Source: Octopus sinensis
Taxonomy: Eukaryota
Direction: 5' to 3'
Length of the DNA stretch: 64,000 bases
Assembly (NCBI RefSeq): GCF_006345805.1
Contig: NC_043017.1
Coordinates: forward strand, 9,300,001 to 9,364,000
The position numbers and the translations under genes were made by a program. The notes under the pieces are model-generated. The model ran no database searches. It was not told where the DNA came from and worked only from the letters and a program-made list of their open reading frames with translations. Shown in pieces: positions 37,438 to 50,360 of the stretch. Numbering within the stretch: the stretch's first letter is position 1; each line of letters opens with the position of its first letter.

Positions 37438-37666
37438 GGGCGAGCTGGCAGAAACGTTAGCACGCCGGGCGAAATGCGTAGCCGTATTTCGTCTGCCGTT
37501 ACGTTCTGGGTTCAAATTCCACCGAGGTCGACTTTGCCTTTCATCCTTTCGGAGTCGATAAATTAAGTACCAGTTACGTACTGGGGTCGATGTAATCGAC
37601 TTAATCCGTTTGTCCGTCCTTGTTTGTCCCCTCTATGTTTAGCCCCTTATGGGTAGTAAAGAAATA
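37438..37666 (+). mobile_element. full-length young SINE family A (long tail)
   Basis: Complete head, core and ...GGGTAGTAAAGAAATA tail. Confidence 0.92.
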
Positions 37667-37914
37667 TATATATGTGTGTGTGTGTAATGTGTGTATATAC
37701 ATGTGTGATGTATCTGTATGTGTATTTCCATGTGTGGTGTGTACATGTGCATAAATGTGTGTGGGTATATGTATGTTTGTGTGTGTATATATATATGTAT
37801 GTATATATGTTAGTGATGCATGTATGTGCATATGTGTGTATAGCAAGTCTGTGTATATGTCTGTGGTTATATGTATGTTTGCATGCATATATATGTGATG
37901 TGTGTGTGTATATA

Positions 37915-37975
<61 letters not shown>

Positions 37976-38869
37976 TATATATACATATACACATGCATCT
38001 GCATGTGTCATTTTTTGTGCAATATGTGTATATATTTTTTGCTGTTTTTTTTTTTGGTATATATGAATTTTCTTAACGTTAAGATTTTTATAAACAAATT
38101 TTCTTCAAAAGTGTTGTAAGTCCAAAACATTGCTTTTTCAGCAATAGTTTCACCATTCCATAGCAAAACCGTTGTACTACACTTTGACTATTTTTGATAT
38201 CTTGGCATCTGAAGCAGCTGGAGATACAATAGTTTGACCAAAAGAATCAACTATTGCAAGCAAATTGTAAAAAAATTGTAAAAAGACACATTTGGTCAAA
38301 TTTGGATATACAACAGTTTAACATAATAGCAAAGATATATACAACACTTTTGAGCTCTTCTATGATGGGTATGAGATATTTTGGTTGCAGGTATTTTGAG
38401 GCCACCTATTATGGCATCAGTGATTCAATGCTGACTTATTTGACCTCAGACGTTTTTAATGTTCCTCATTTTATCCCTCCCCCTCTCTCTCATTCCCTCT
38501 CATCTCTGTTTATGCGTTTAAATTTATTTCTTTTTATGTGTCTGAGGAGGGTGAAAGCGTTTATGTCTAATTATGTCAATTAATTGATTGTAATCTTTCG
38601 CTTTCACCCTTTCTATTTTTCCTTCCCCTCTCCTTCCCCCTCCCTCTCTTTGTCTTTCTGTTCTCTCTCTCTCTCTTTATATGTGAGCCTATTTCTATTT
38701 GTGTAAATGAGGAGGGGAAGTGTTTTTTGTCAATCACATTTAATTAATAAATTGTAATCTCTCCCTTTGTTTCTCCCCTTCTTTCTTTCTCTCTCCCTAT
38801 TTATGTGTGTGAGGACATTTCGCTTTATGTATCTGAGGAGAGGGAAAAGTGTTTTGTCAGTCATAGCCA

Positions 38870-38870
38870 T

Positions 38871-38925
<55 letters not shown>

Positions 38926-39178
38926 TATCATCATCACCATCATCATCACCATCATCATCATCATTATCATCATCATCATTATCATCATCATCATCATCAC
39001 CATCATCATCACCATCATCACCATCATCATCATCACCATCATCATCACCATCATCATCATCACATCATCATCACCACCATCATCATCACCACCATCATCA
39101 TCACCACCATCATCACCATCATCATCATCATCATCATCATCACCATCATCATCATTATCATCATCATCATCATCATCT
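38870..39178. repeat. (CAT)n/(CAC) microsatellite at an RTE tail
   Basis: Directly visible and contiguous with the RTE 3' end at ~39178. Confidence 0.95.
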
Positions 39179-39955
39179 AGCATCCATTCTCCATGCTGGC
39201 ATGGGTGGGACAGTTTGACCAGGGTCAGCAAGCTGCAAGGCTGTACCAAAATCTAGTCTGACTTGGCACGATTTCTACAGCTCGATGCCCTTCCTAACGC
39301 CAACCACTCCAAGATTGTAGTGGGTGCCTTTTACGTGCTAACCACCATGGGTACTATTTGTGTGACACCAGTATCTGTTACGATTGCAATTCCATTTAGC
39401 TTGATGGGTCTTCTTCTCAAGCATCACGTAACCCCAAAGGGCTCAGTCATTCATCATTGCCTCTGTGAAGCCCATCACTCGAAAGGAGCTTTCCACATGC
39501 CACCAGCATCAGCCACTTTGCTTCGATGGGGCCCAATACTCGAAAGGTGCTCTCTATGTGCCACCAGCGTGGGTGCCATTTATGTGACACCAACATCAGC
39601 CATGTCTATGATTTCACTTGGCTTGACAGGTTTTCTTCTGAAGCACAGCGTATCACCAAAGGTCTCGGTCACTAGTCATTGCCTCAGTGAGGCTCAAAGT
39701 TCAAAGATCATGCTTCATCACTTCATCCCATGTCTTCCTAGGTCTAACCTTACCACAGGTCCCCTCCACAGTTAGGGATCAGCACTTCTTTATAGAGCTG
39801 TCCTCGTCCATATGCATCACATGACCATACCAGCACAGTCGTCTCTTTTGCACACCATCATCATCATCATCATCGTTTAACGTCCGTTTTTCATGCTAGC
39901 AGGGGTTGGACGGTTCGACCGGGGTCTGGGAAGCCAGGGGCTGCTCCAGGCTCCA
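39178..39955 (-). mobile_element. diverged 5'-truncated RTE copy plus a second RTE 3' tip
   Basis: Minus strand encodes a decayed RRLCWYGHV...RPRKTWDEVMKHDL, then the 3' UTR and GGCGTTAGGAAGGGCATC motif. The second tip lies at ~39858-39955. Confidence 0.85.
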
Positions 39956-41891
39956 AACCATAGTTGATAAATTATAATCTCTCTCTCTCTCTCCTTGCTT
40001 GTCATTCTCTCCTCAAACCTCTCATTCCATACAACAACATTCTACCAAAAAGCAAAAACAAAGAATTATTTCTCTAAAAAAAAAATTATCTTTTCATCAT
40101 CTGGACACATGAGCTAAACATTAACCCTCACAGTTTCTGTCATTACATGAAAATCATCTTTGAACAGTCCATCACATATACAACACTCTCTGAGCATTGT
40201 ATGCACATATACGCAGCGCTAAGCGTGTGGCAAGCTTTCTATGGCCGGATGCCCTTCCTGACGCCAACCCCCACCTGTTACCAAGCGAGGTAGTTATTAT
40301 AAGAATGTTCAAGGTGGCAAGCTCACAGAATCGTTGGCCCACTGGACAAAATGCTTAGTAGTATTTCGCCTGTCACTATGTTCTGAGTTCAAATTGCACC
40401 GAGGTCGACTTTGCCTTTCATCCTTTCAGAGTTTATAAATTAAGTACCAGTGAAACACTGGGGTTGATATAATTGACTTGTCCCCTCCCTGCAAATTTCA
40501 GGCCTTGTATCTTTAGTAGAAAGGATTATTATAAGGAGGTTGTCAAAGCCCTGCCTCTCCCACTTGGTCCAGATAAGACATAAGGAATGCATACAAACAC
40601 ACACAAAGAAATGGCTGTAACCTCAATAACCTCTACTAACCCCCAAAAGGAAATAAAGAAGGACAGCAACTGTGACCATGTGGTCTTGTGGCCAAGTCCA
40701 CCTTGTCTCTCTCTCTTTCTCTCTCTCTGTTGTGGCCATAACTATAATCTAGCGGACATTGCAGAAATACGGTGGACAGTGGAGAGAGTGCAGTGTGTCT
40801 GGGCTGTTACATTGCATTGTGTAGGGTTCATTAGTGCATGTCAGGGTGTGCAGTTTGGTGCACAGTGGGGGAGAGGATATAACTGGGGAATTCGACCCCA
40901 GGGGAGGGGATGGTACCTTGTTGTTTGGTTGACTGCCGGGTCAGAGCATGACCTGAGGGTTATGAAGTAACAGTCATAAGCATCGGTTCATTGCTGCCAA
41001 GATTTCTATAACCACGACAACAGCAACAACAACCATCACCCTCATCACTGCCATCACCACTACTGTCATCGTCATGGCTACCACTACCACCACCACCACC
41101 ACTAACAGCAGCAGCATCACCGCCACTACAATCAATGCCACATTGACTACTACATTCGGCTATCACTTTCACCATCACCACCACCACTATCTTTATCATC
41201 ATCATCATCACCACCGCTACCACCATGATAATCATCACCACCACCTCCGTCACCATCCATCTTCGCTGCCACCTCCAACCATCTCTACAACCACCATCAC
41301 TCTGAGCCATCTTTGCCATTCCCGCCCACACCATCTCCCCTGCCTGCTCAACTCCTCCTGCCCACCCTACTTGGCTACAGGTGACTCCCTGTGACAGATG
41401 CCTAATTAGTGTTCCGTTCTACAGAGTTGCAGTAATAATTGCTGTGATGGTCGGCTAATTAGCTGATTGTTATTGGACAGCTTAACGAAGCACCCAGCAC
41501 TGCGAAATTGGCTGCCAACTACCTGAGGGTTGGATGGTCGACTGATTGGGTGGATGGTATGCGGAAGAGGTGGGGGTGGGGGTGGAAGGAAGGAGGGGGC
41601 GGTTTCTTATAATTACCACTTCCTTACCATCATCACCATCACAACCAACACCATCAGTATCACGACCACCACCACCATCATCACCACCTCACTATTCTCT
41701 CTCTCTCTCTCTTTCCCATACATACACACATACACATACACAAGCTATCATACCTTCTCATTGGTTCACCATACATTTACAACTGAGAGCCTTCGCTATT
41801 CATTGTAATACACGACAAGGAATACAATTAGAACAAAAAACGACATTAGCTGATGGCACTATAATTTTAATATAGAACCCCACAAAAGTAT

Positions 41892-41924
<33 letters not shown>

Positions 41925-41930
<6 letters not shown>

Positions 41931-42940
41931 CCTTTCTACTAAAAGCATGAGGCTTGAAATTTTGGGAAGGGGACTGATCGATTATATCAGCCCTGGTGTA
42001 TAACCGATACTTATTTCATCAGCCTTGAAAAGATGTAAGGCAAAGTCCACCTCAGTGGAATTTGAACACAGATCATAAAGATGACAAATACGTATTTCTT
42101 TATTACCCACAAGGGGCTAAACACAGAGCGGACAAACAAGGACAGACATAGGTATTAAGTCGATTACATCGACCCCAGTGCGTAACTGGTACTTAATTTA
42201 TCAACCCCGAAAGGAAGAAAGGCAAAGTTGACCTCGGCGGAATTTGAACTCACAACGTAACACAGACAAAATATCGCTAAGCATTTCGCCCGGCGTGCTA
42301 ACGTTTCTGCCAGCTCACCACCTTTATTATAATAATAATAATAATAATCATCATTATCACCATCACCATCATCACCATCATCATCATCATCATCATCATC
42401 CTTTCTGCTAAAGGCACAAGGCCTGAAATTTGGGGGTAGTGGACTAGTTGATGATATTGATCTCCAGTGCATCACTGGTACTTAATTTACTGACCCCCCA
42501 AAAGGTTGAAAGACAAAGTTGACCTCGAAAGAATTTGAGCATTGCTTAGCGGCATTTTGCCCAGCATGTTAACGATTCTGCCAGTTCACCACCTTAATAA
42601 TAATATAATAATAATAATAATAATCCTTTCTACTGTAGGCACAAGGCCTGAAATTTTGACTTATTTCATCTACTTCGAAAAGGATGAGAAGGTAAAGTTG
42701 ACCCCAGGGCGAAATTTGAACTCAGAACATAAAAGCAGATGAAGTGCTGCTAAGCATTTTGCCTGGCGTGCTAACCATTCTGCCATCTCGTCACCTTAAT
42801 AATAACAACAACAATGGTTTGAATTATGACACAAGGCCATCAATTCTAAAGGAATCGGTAAATCAATCACATCAACCCCAGTTTTCCACAAGAACTTATT
42901 AAACCCGAAAGACCACAGTGGAATTTGAACCCAAAGCCAG
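41925..42940 (-). mobile_element. cluster of ~5 co-oriented SINE family A copies
   Basis: Repeated cores with (AAT)n/(CAT)n spacers. Chimeric junction AAATAC|GTATTTC at 42091-42093. Confidence 0.88.
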
Positions 42941-43223
42941 AAATTTGGTGGAGATAGAGGGGTGGTAGTCATCTGAAATTGCCTCCCAGTTGGTCAACAA
43001 TTATAAATGAATAGAAGTAAAAAAAAAAAATCAGAAAACCATAACACATATCTGCATACGTGTGTTTCTTTCCCAAGAGATTTGGAGTGTAGCTTTTGAG
43101 GGAGATTTAGCTGCTGTTTCTAGCATGCCAGGCAAGCCATGTAGAAGCTTGCTCAACAAGTGATAATTGTATTTTATACAGGCTTCCACCAAAGTGGCTT
43201 ATGAATTTACTCAGAGGACCATG

Positions 43224-43294
<71 letters not shown>
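43224..43294. repeat. pure (AC)n microsatellite (~35 units)
   Basis: Directly visible. Confidence 0.95.
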
Positions 43295-43296
<2 letters not shown>

Positions 43297-44043
43297 ATTG
43301 AAAATTACAAAATCAACAACACCAACAATAATATGAGGAACAGTTGAAGTTTGAGAGAGATTATTTGATAGTTCTCTCTGAATGTTCCTTTGTGTGTCTG
43401 TTGTGGGTGGTGACAAGTATTTGAGAGCCTAAATTCCCATGAATAAAATTAGGATGGCAGATGGGGTTAGCGTACCTAGAAAGGGTTTCATTATAGACAC
43501 ACCCATTTTGCGAAATACTAGCTGCTCAGATGGCAAGGGCAAAAACTTTTTCAGGTTCTCTGTTATTTGTACAGCAAGTGTTGGGCTCACAAGCATGAGG
43601 TAGTGTAGTTCAAATCCCAGACCGGGCTGTGTGCTGTGTTCTTGAGCAAGACACTTTATTTCATGTCACTCCAGTTGTGATGTCACTGGTGCCAAGCTGT
43701 ATCGGCCCCCTTTGCCTTTCCCTTGGACAACATCTGTGGCGTGGAGAGGGGAGGCTGGCATGCATGGACAACTGCTGGTCTTCCATAAGCAACCTTGCCT
43801 GGACTTGTGCCTTGGAGGGGAACTTTCTAGGTGCAATGCCATGGTCATTTATGGAAACATGTTCCGATATAAGGAAATATCGTTATCATGGAGCTAGGAA
43901 ACCAGTGAGGGTTTGGCATCAGGAAAGGGCATCCAGCCATGGGAAGTTTGTCCTGACAAAATCCTTCTGTTCTTATTGCATGCATCAGACAACAACTACA
44001 ATGAGCATGGTGGTGGTGGTGGTGGTGGTGGTATGGCAGTAGT

Positions 44044-44157
44044 GGTGGTATTAATGATGCCGGGCGTGAGGGTGAGGTGGTAATATTGATGGTGGTGGTG
44101 GTGGTATTAATGATGCCAGGCGTGAGGGTGAGGTGGTAATATTGATGGTGATGGTCG
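44044..44157. repeat. 57-bp tandem duplication
   Basis: GGTGGTATTAATGATGCC(G/A)GGCGTGAGGGTGAGGTGGTAATATTGATGGTG occurs twice. Confidence 0.85.
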
Positions 44158-44421
44158 TGGTGGTGTTAATGGTGATAATGGTGGAAGCAGTGTGACCTAA
44201 ATAGGACAAAGCTGGACCTTAGAAGCTTGATTAGTTAGAGTTTATTGTTGATGATGGCGATGATGATGATGATGATGATGATGATGGTTCTTTATCCTCT
44301 ACCACTAACAGGTGGTGATGGTGGTGGTGGTGAGGTGGTGGTGGTAATGTTTGGCACATTTTGCAAGGTTATTCATTTCTTTAGAAACATTGGTGCTGAA
44401 TAGTGGCTGGGATTTTCCAGT

Positions 44422-44468
<47 letters not shown>

Positions 44469-44640
44469 TCTCTCTCACACACCCACACACAGCTTCATTC
44501 CTCTCTGAGCCTTCACATTCTCCCCTCCCCTTTTACTCCCGCATCCCCATACACCTCCTCTCTATTGTTAAACCTGCAGGTGACATGGTCAACCCTCCTC
44601 ACCTCCTTCTCACCTGAGGAAATAAGTCTCACACAAACAC

Positions 44641-44679
<39 letters not shown>

Positions 44680-45202
44680 ATTCAAACACACACACACACA
44701 TGTATATTATAGTAAGAAGAGAGAGAGAGGAGGGGGGGTGGAGGTGGAAAAAGGATCCCTGTGCAAGGGGTTGCTTTGTGAGTTATGATTGATCTTTTCA
44801 CTGTGCCCTCAGGTGGTTGGTCATAGATAGCTCTGTGATGGTAGAGCCTGGAGAGTGGGAGGAGGGTGGCGGGCAGGAGGGGGAGGGGAGGGGTGGAATG
44901 CTGGTAGCATGACAGGTTGACTGTCTATGGCAGCCAGCAGCAACAGCAGCAGCCACAGGTTCCAGAGTAGGTAGCAAGGGGGGTCGGAATGAAGTGACCT
45001 TTGGTATCTCTCTCTGTCTCTCTCTCTCATTGGGTGTGCAAAAGGAGCCATGCTTTGTTCACTACAAAAAGAAGAATTTCATTATATTTTGAAATTCAGA
45101 AAGATGTTTCTATATAAAACTAGAATAACCTATGTCTATACACACATGTATGGGGTGTCTATGTTTCTGTGTGCACGTATAATATATATATATAATATCT
45201 AT

Positions 45203-45258
<56 letters not shown>

Positions 45259-45260
<2 letters not shown>

Positions 45261-45671
45261 CTCTTTTTACTCTCTTTTACTTGTTTCAGTCATTGGACTG
45301 TGGCCATGCTGGAGCACCGCCTTTAGTCTGCAAATCGACCCCGGGACTTATTCTTTGTAAGCCCAGTACTTATTCTATCGGTCTATTTTGCCGAACTGCT
45401 AAGTGACGGGGACGTAAACACACCAGCATCGGTTGTCAAGCAATGCTAGGGGGACAAACACAGACACACAAACACATACATGCACACTTATATATATATA
45501 CATATATATGACGGGCTTCTTTCAGTTTCCATCTACCAAATCTACTCACAAGGCATTGGTCAGCCCGAGGCTATAGCAGAAGACACTTGCCCAAGATGCC
45601 AGGCAGTGGGACTGACCCGGAACCATGTGGTTGGTTAGCAAGCTACTTACCACACAGCCACTTCTGCGCCT
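45259..45671 (-). mobile_element. full-length SINE family B
   Basis: Reverse complement matches 50361-50766. A further copy lies at ~46010-46400. Confidence 0.9.
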
Positions 45672-45720
45672 ATATATATATATAGGAAAAAACAAGTCGG
45701 GATAGAAAATGCTAAAATAA

Positions 45721-45762
45721 TTTCAGTACCGGTTTCAGTCATTGAGACCTTTTCAACTGTAA
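45721..45762 (-). ncRNA. minimal type-I hammerhead ribozyme with U3-A8 core covariation, in a (TA)n-flanked element (~45685-45893)
   Basis: Minus strand TTACAG-TTGAAAA-GGTC(TCAAT)GACT-GAAA-CCGG-TA-CTGAAA: stems I and II, palindromic ACCGGT stem III, GUA cleavage triplet. Confidence 0.72.
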
Positions 45763-46521
45763 CGATTAAATAATTAAATTTAGAAAAATTAAAAAGAAAA
45801 GTTTTTTTAAAAGAATATTTGTATAGTGTTCAAATATAAGTGGCATTTTCCTTGTTTCTGCCTTTCTCTGTCTCTTTTACTCTTGTGGGTTATATATATA
45901 TAGATATAGATATAGATAGACAGATAGATATAGATATATATATATATGTACATCTATTAGATACATAGATAGAAATACTTCTATATATAGGCATCTATAT
46001 ATATTCTGTTGTTTTATTTTTTTGTTTCAGTCATTTGGCTGTGGCCATGCTGGAGCACCACCTTTAGTTGAGCAATTCGACACCAGGACTTGTTCTTTGT
46101 AAGCCTAGTACTTATTCTATTGATCTCTTTTTGCCGGACTGCTAAGTTACGGAGACTGAAACACACCAGCATCGGTTGCCAAGTGGTGTTGGTGGGGGAC
46201 AAACCCACACATGCATACATACATACATATATATATGCGACAGGCTTCTTTCAGTTTCCGTCTACCAAATCTACTCACAAGGCATTGGTCAGCGCGAGGC
46301 TATAGTAGAAGACATTTGCCCAGGGTGCCACACAGTGGGACTGAACCTGGAACCATGTGGTTTGTAAGCAAGCTACTTACCACACAGCCACTCCTGCACC
46401 TATATATATACATTTAGGAGGGATGACCTCTAGGTGGACATCCCTATATATATAATATATATATATATAATAATATATATATATATATATATAGATACAT
46501 ACATACATACATACATACATA

Positions 46522-46579
<58 letters not shown>

Positions 46580-46939
46580 TATATATATACACACTGTATA
46601 CATATATATGTACATACATGTGTGTGTGCTTAATGTGAGGGTGTATAAATAAACGTAAACGTAATTAAATTTGTATATATATCTATCTATCAATCTGTTT
46701 TTTTTTTTTTTTTGTCTGTGTGTTTAATACGGGGGTGTAGAAATGAGTGAGAATGTAATTATGTTTGCATATGTCTGTGTGTCAGGGTATGTTTTGTGTG
46801 TGTGCGTGTTTGTATGTATGAATGTTTACAAAAATATGTTGCAAAAGAAACTTCCATTAAAATGACAAGCAGGAAAATCAATAGACACTAACAATACAGA
46901 GAGACAAGTAAAATGGTTCTTGGGTGTGTATGTGTACAA

Positions 46940-46980
<41 letters not shown>

Positions 46981-47139
46981 ACAAAGTCACATGTACTGTA
47001 GGAAGAAAACATTTATATATATATGTGTGTGTATGTATATATATATATATATTATATATATAGGTATACACAGGTGCTTATAATTATCAAGTACTCACCC
47101 CGAATTTCTATATATGTGCATGTCTGTGTGGGTGTGTGT

Positions 47140-47545
47140 ATAAAATACTTGCTATCATGTGTGTGTGTATGTATATATATGTATATATATGTTTATGTGT
47201 GTGTTTGTGTGTATATATGTGTGTGTGTGTATATATGTATAAAATTATTGCTATAATATATGTGTGTATGTATGTATGAGAATATATATGTATGTATATA
47301 TATGTTCATGTGTGTGTTTGTGTGTATATATGTATAAAATTATTGCTATCGTATATGTGTCTATGTATGTATGAGAATATATATGTATGTATATATGTAT
47401 ATATATGTTCATGTGTGTGTTTGTGTATATATGTGTGTGTTTATATATGTATAAAATTATTGCTATCATATATGTGTGTATGTATGTATGAGAATACATA
47501 TATGTTCATGTGTGTGTGTGTGTGTATATATGTGTGCATGTGTAT
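47140..47545. repeat. microsatellite-derived tandem repeat (~90-115 bp units with TATAAAATTATTGCTAT)
   Basis: AAAATTATTGCTAT recurs at ~47240, ~47336 and ~47452, with a variant at ~47143. Confidence 0.8.
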
Positions 47546-47824
47546 ATATGTGAATATTTAAAGACAGACTGACAGATAGATAAATAAATATAGATATGAG
47601 ATTATGCACATGCATGTTGTGTATGTATACACACACATACACACACACAGGTTGATATTTAGCCTAGATCGAGTCATATGTACTTATAGATGAGAGTTTG
47701 TGTATACACAAACAACAAAAATACACTTCCCTGTTAAAGTCTTAAAGTAATAAATAATAGGGAACATTTACTGCTGAAAGCACACAATACTGGGGTCAGA
47801 ATCAAATTTATATATATATATATA

Positions 47825-48170
47825 TGAAGGGGTGCTTGGAAGTTCTTGGCCCAACCTTTCGAGTTCTTTCACAGGGCATAGAAAAACTGAAGGACCTCTG
47901 CCAAAAGTGTGTAAATCTGAAAGGGAAATATGTCAAGTAAAATCATAATTGACTGATCCTCCTGGGATGCTGGAAGGTTCCTGGCTCTAAGGTTATCGTG
48001 AAAGGCCTGGTTGGAGGCCCAATATTTTGAGTTCTACAGGGCTTAGAAAAATTGAAGGACCTCTGCAATAAGTGTGTAAATCTGAGAGGGAAATACGTTG
48101 AGTAAAATCATAATTGACCGATCCTCCTGTATTTTCTTTTACACAAAGCCTGGAGCTTTTCTGTACCCCA
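47825..48170 (+). mobile_element. mariner-derived non-autonomous element with internal duplication
   Basis: Degenerate GAAGGGGTGCTTGGAAGTTC-type TIR after TA. GLEKLKDLCNKCVNLRGKYVE* resembles a mariner transposase C-terminus and is present twice. Confidence 0.75.
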
Positions 48171-48192
48171 TTACACACACACACATGTATAT

Positions 48193-48239
<47 letters not shown>

Positions 48240-48541
48240 TTAATAAATAAACATATATCAGAAAAGAAGCATACTCTGAAGAATAGAGCAGTAATTGTTA
48301 CAACAAAATTTTATATCTTGGACATAGAGTGACCCAAGGTTTTGCACCCACAAAGCAAAGCCTTGTGGACAGTTTGTCAGACTCTATATCTTGGGTCACT
48401 CTATGTCCAAGATATAAAATTTTGTTGTAGATATATATATATATATATATATATAGTAATCCAACAAGAAAGCCAAAAAACACAACCAATGCAAGTACGT
48501 GGAACAAATATAGTATATTGGACGCTCAGGAAAGAAGGAGG

Positions 48542-48575
48542 GTTAACGTTTCGAGCGGAGCTCTTCGTCGGAAAC
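48542..48575 (-). ncRNA. hammerhead-like motif in a Penelope-like element (48456-48657) flanked by (TA)n on both sides
   Basis: Minus strand GTTT-CCGACGA-A-GAGC(TCC)GCTC-GAAA-CGT-T-AACC. Same family as 9012 and 55868. Confidence 0.6.
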
Positions 48576-48656
48576 ATAGGAGAAGGAAAGATCCAGAGAA
48601 GGGAAGACAGAGGAAAAAAAATCGCCAACGGTACACACGCGGGGTCACATTTTGAA

Positions 48657-48688
<32 letters not shown>

Positions 48689-48861
48689 TATATATAATAT
48701 ATACATATATATATGGATTGAATTTGATTTCAGATTTCAAGTCTCGAACAAAAAATTGTTGAAACACACTGCACATACAGACGCCCACACATGCACACAC
48801 AAGTGAACGTATAATGGGCTTTCTTGTGTGTCCAATTATTTGATCAAGTGACATTCCCTAA

Positions 48862-49140
48862 GTGGCTGAGTACTCCACAGATACATATACTTGCTTAAAC
48901 CCTTCACTTCCTATGGAACGTAGGCTATCACTGACCTTTTTTCTTCTCTATTTTTAACTCTGGGCTGTCTTTTCTGCTTCTCACTAGGTGGACCCTGGCC
49001 CTTTCATCTCTACTTCAGTATCACATTTCCAGCTATCTTTAGGCCATGCTCTCTTCTGCATCCCTTATGGGATCCAGGTCAGGGCCTGACATGTCATATA
49101 TTTCCTTGAAGAAAGGCCTTCTCCCAGACCTTGTTAGTTT
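48862..49140 (-). pseudogene. decayed RTE LINE C-terminus and start of 3' UTR
   Basis: Minus strand T-C-Q-A-L-T-W-I-P-*-G-M-Q-K-R-A-W-P-K-D-S-W-K-C-D-T-E-V-E-M, resembling RTE RQALTWNPQGKRKRGRPK. Followed by CTGTGGAGTACTCAGCCAC. Confidence 0.7.
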
Positions 49141-49882
49141 TTGACCTTTTTTGCATTGAGGTCACATTGAGTTCAAATGCAATGCTTATTAATCACATCT
49201 TTTTAAAATTTATCATATATTACCTTGTAGTTTTGAGAGTTCAAAGACGTGATTGTTTGTTATTAGAATGACATTACAGGTTAGGTGTGAGCAGTCAGAG
49301 CTGGCCAGTTTGAACATAAAGTGGATGGAATATTTGGGCCAGATATGATCAGTTTAAATGCCAAAGGGTTAAATTGTCATCAATGCTTCTGTAACTTTGC
49401 ATTTTTTCTGGGTATAGGTGTTGGCCCCATACAATCCCATTTTTACCTCTGGGAGGAGATTGTCCATATTAATCTGCCCTTTATCCTTTGACCAGTCCAG
49501 CATAAGAGACCCTGTCCTGAAGCTTGCCCTCCACTGGAATTGCTCGCAGGGTCATTGGGGCACACAAGCCATCAATCCACAAGGGCTGGACCCTGAGATG
49601 GATGAACTTAAAAGATGGACCTTAATCTTGGTAGGTTCTTTCCTAAAACAACACTTGCTAGTAGCCTAAACCATGACCTTGTGTTGATTTTTTTTCTAGG
49701 ACAGTTGAGGTGGGGAGGTGGGGGAATGAAGTGCTTCATAGAAACCATATGGTCACCTAATCAATCAATCAGTCACCTAATCAATCAATGTAGGTAGCCT
49801 AGCCACACAATCTTGGGTCTCCCCTCGTTCTAGAGATATACATCTGAAACAACCAATGCATAATGCTTTTGCTCAATGAGCC

Positions 49883-49923
<41 letters not shown>

Positions 49924-50360
49924 CTGTTGGATCACTCGTGAAGCATTTGTCAGACTGAGACTACAGAAGACATTTTCCCAAGGTGCTGTGCAATGGGACT
50001 GAACCTGAAGCCATGTGGTTGTAAAACAAGCTCAGTAACCACACAGCCATGCCTGTGAAAGGTTTCGTAAAATAACTTGGCTGTCATTAAGCTGTTGTTT
50101 GGGACAGAAATTTATATGGAATTTCAGTTGAAGATTTTAACTTGGATCAGTTTGTAACATGAAGTTCATGACAGAAGCAGGGGGCAGTTTCAGGCAGGTT
50201 GGTATCAAAAGGGTTAAAGAAAAGGGAAATACTACATACTGGTGGCATTCTGCCTGTTATGACAACAAACGCCCCAGTTAATCCAATCAACAGAACAGCC
50301 TGCTTGTGAAATTAACTAGTAAGTGGTTGAGTACTCCACAGACACACATACTTTTTACAT

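Noticed and set aside
38060-38420. Unique AT-rich segment with 109-aa ORF (38254-38583) as a host exon or transposase
   Set aside because: No recognisable motif, stops in neighbouring frames and no convincing splice sites.
48988-49077. Apparent 90-nt plus-strand exon with good acceptor and open frames
   Set aside because: The sequence is the antisense of a decayed RTE C-terminus. The purine-rich LINE strand explains the pyrimidine tract.
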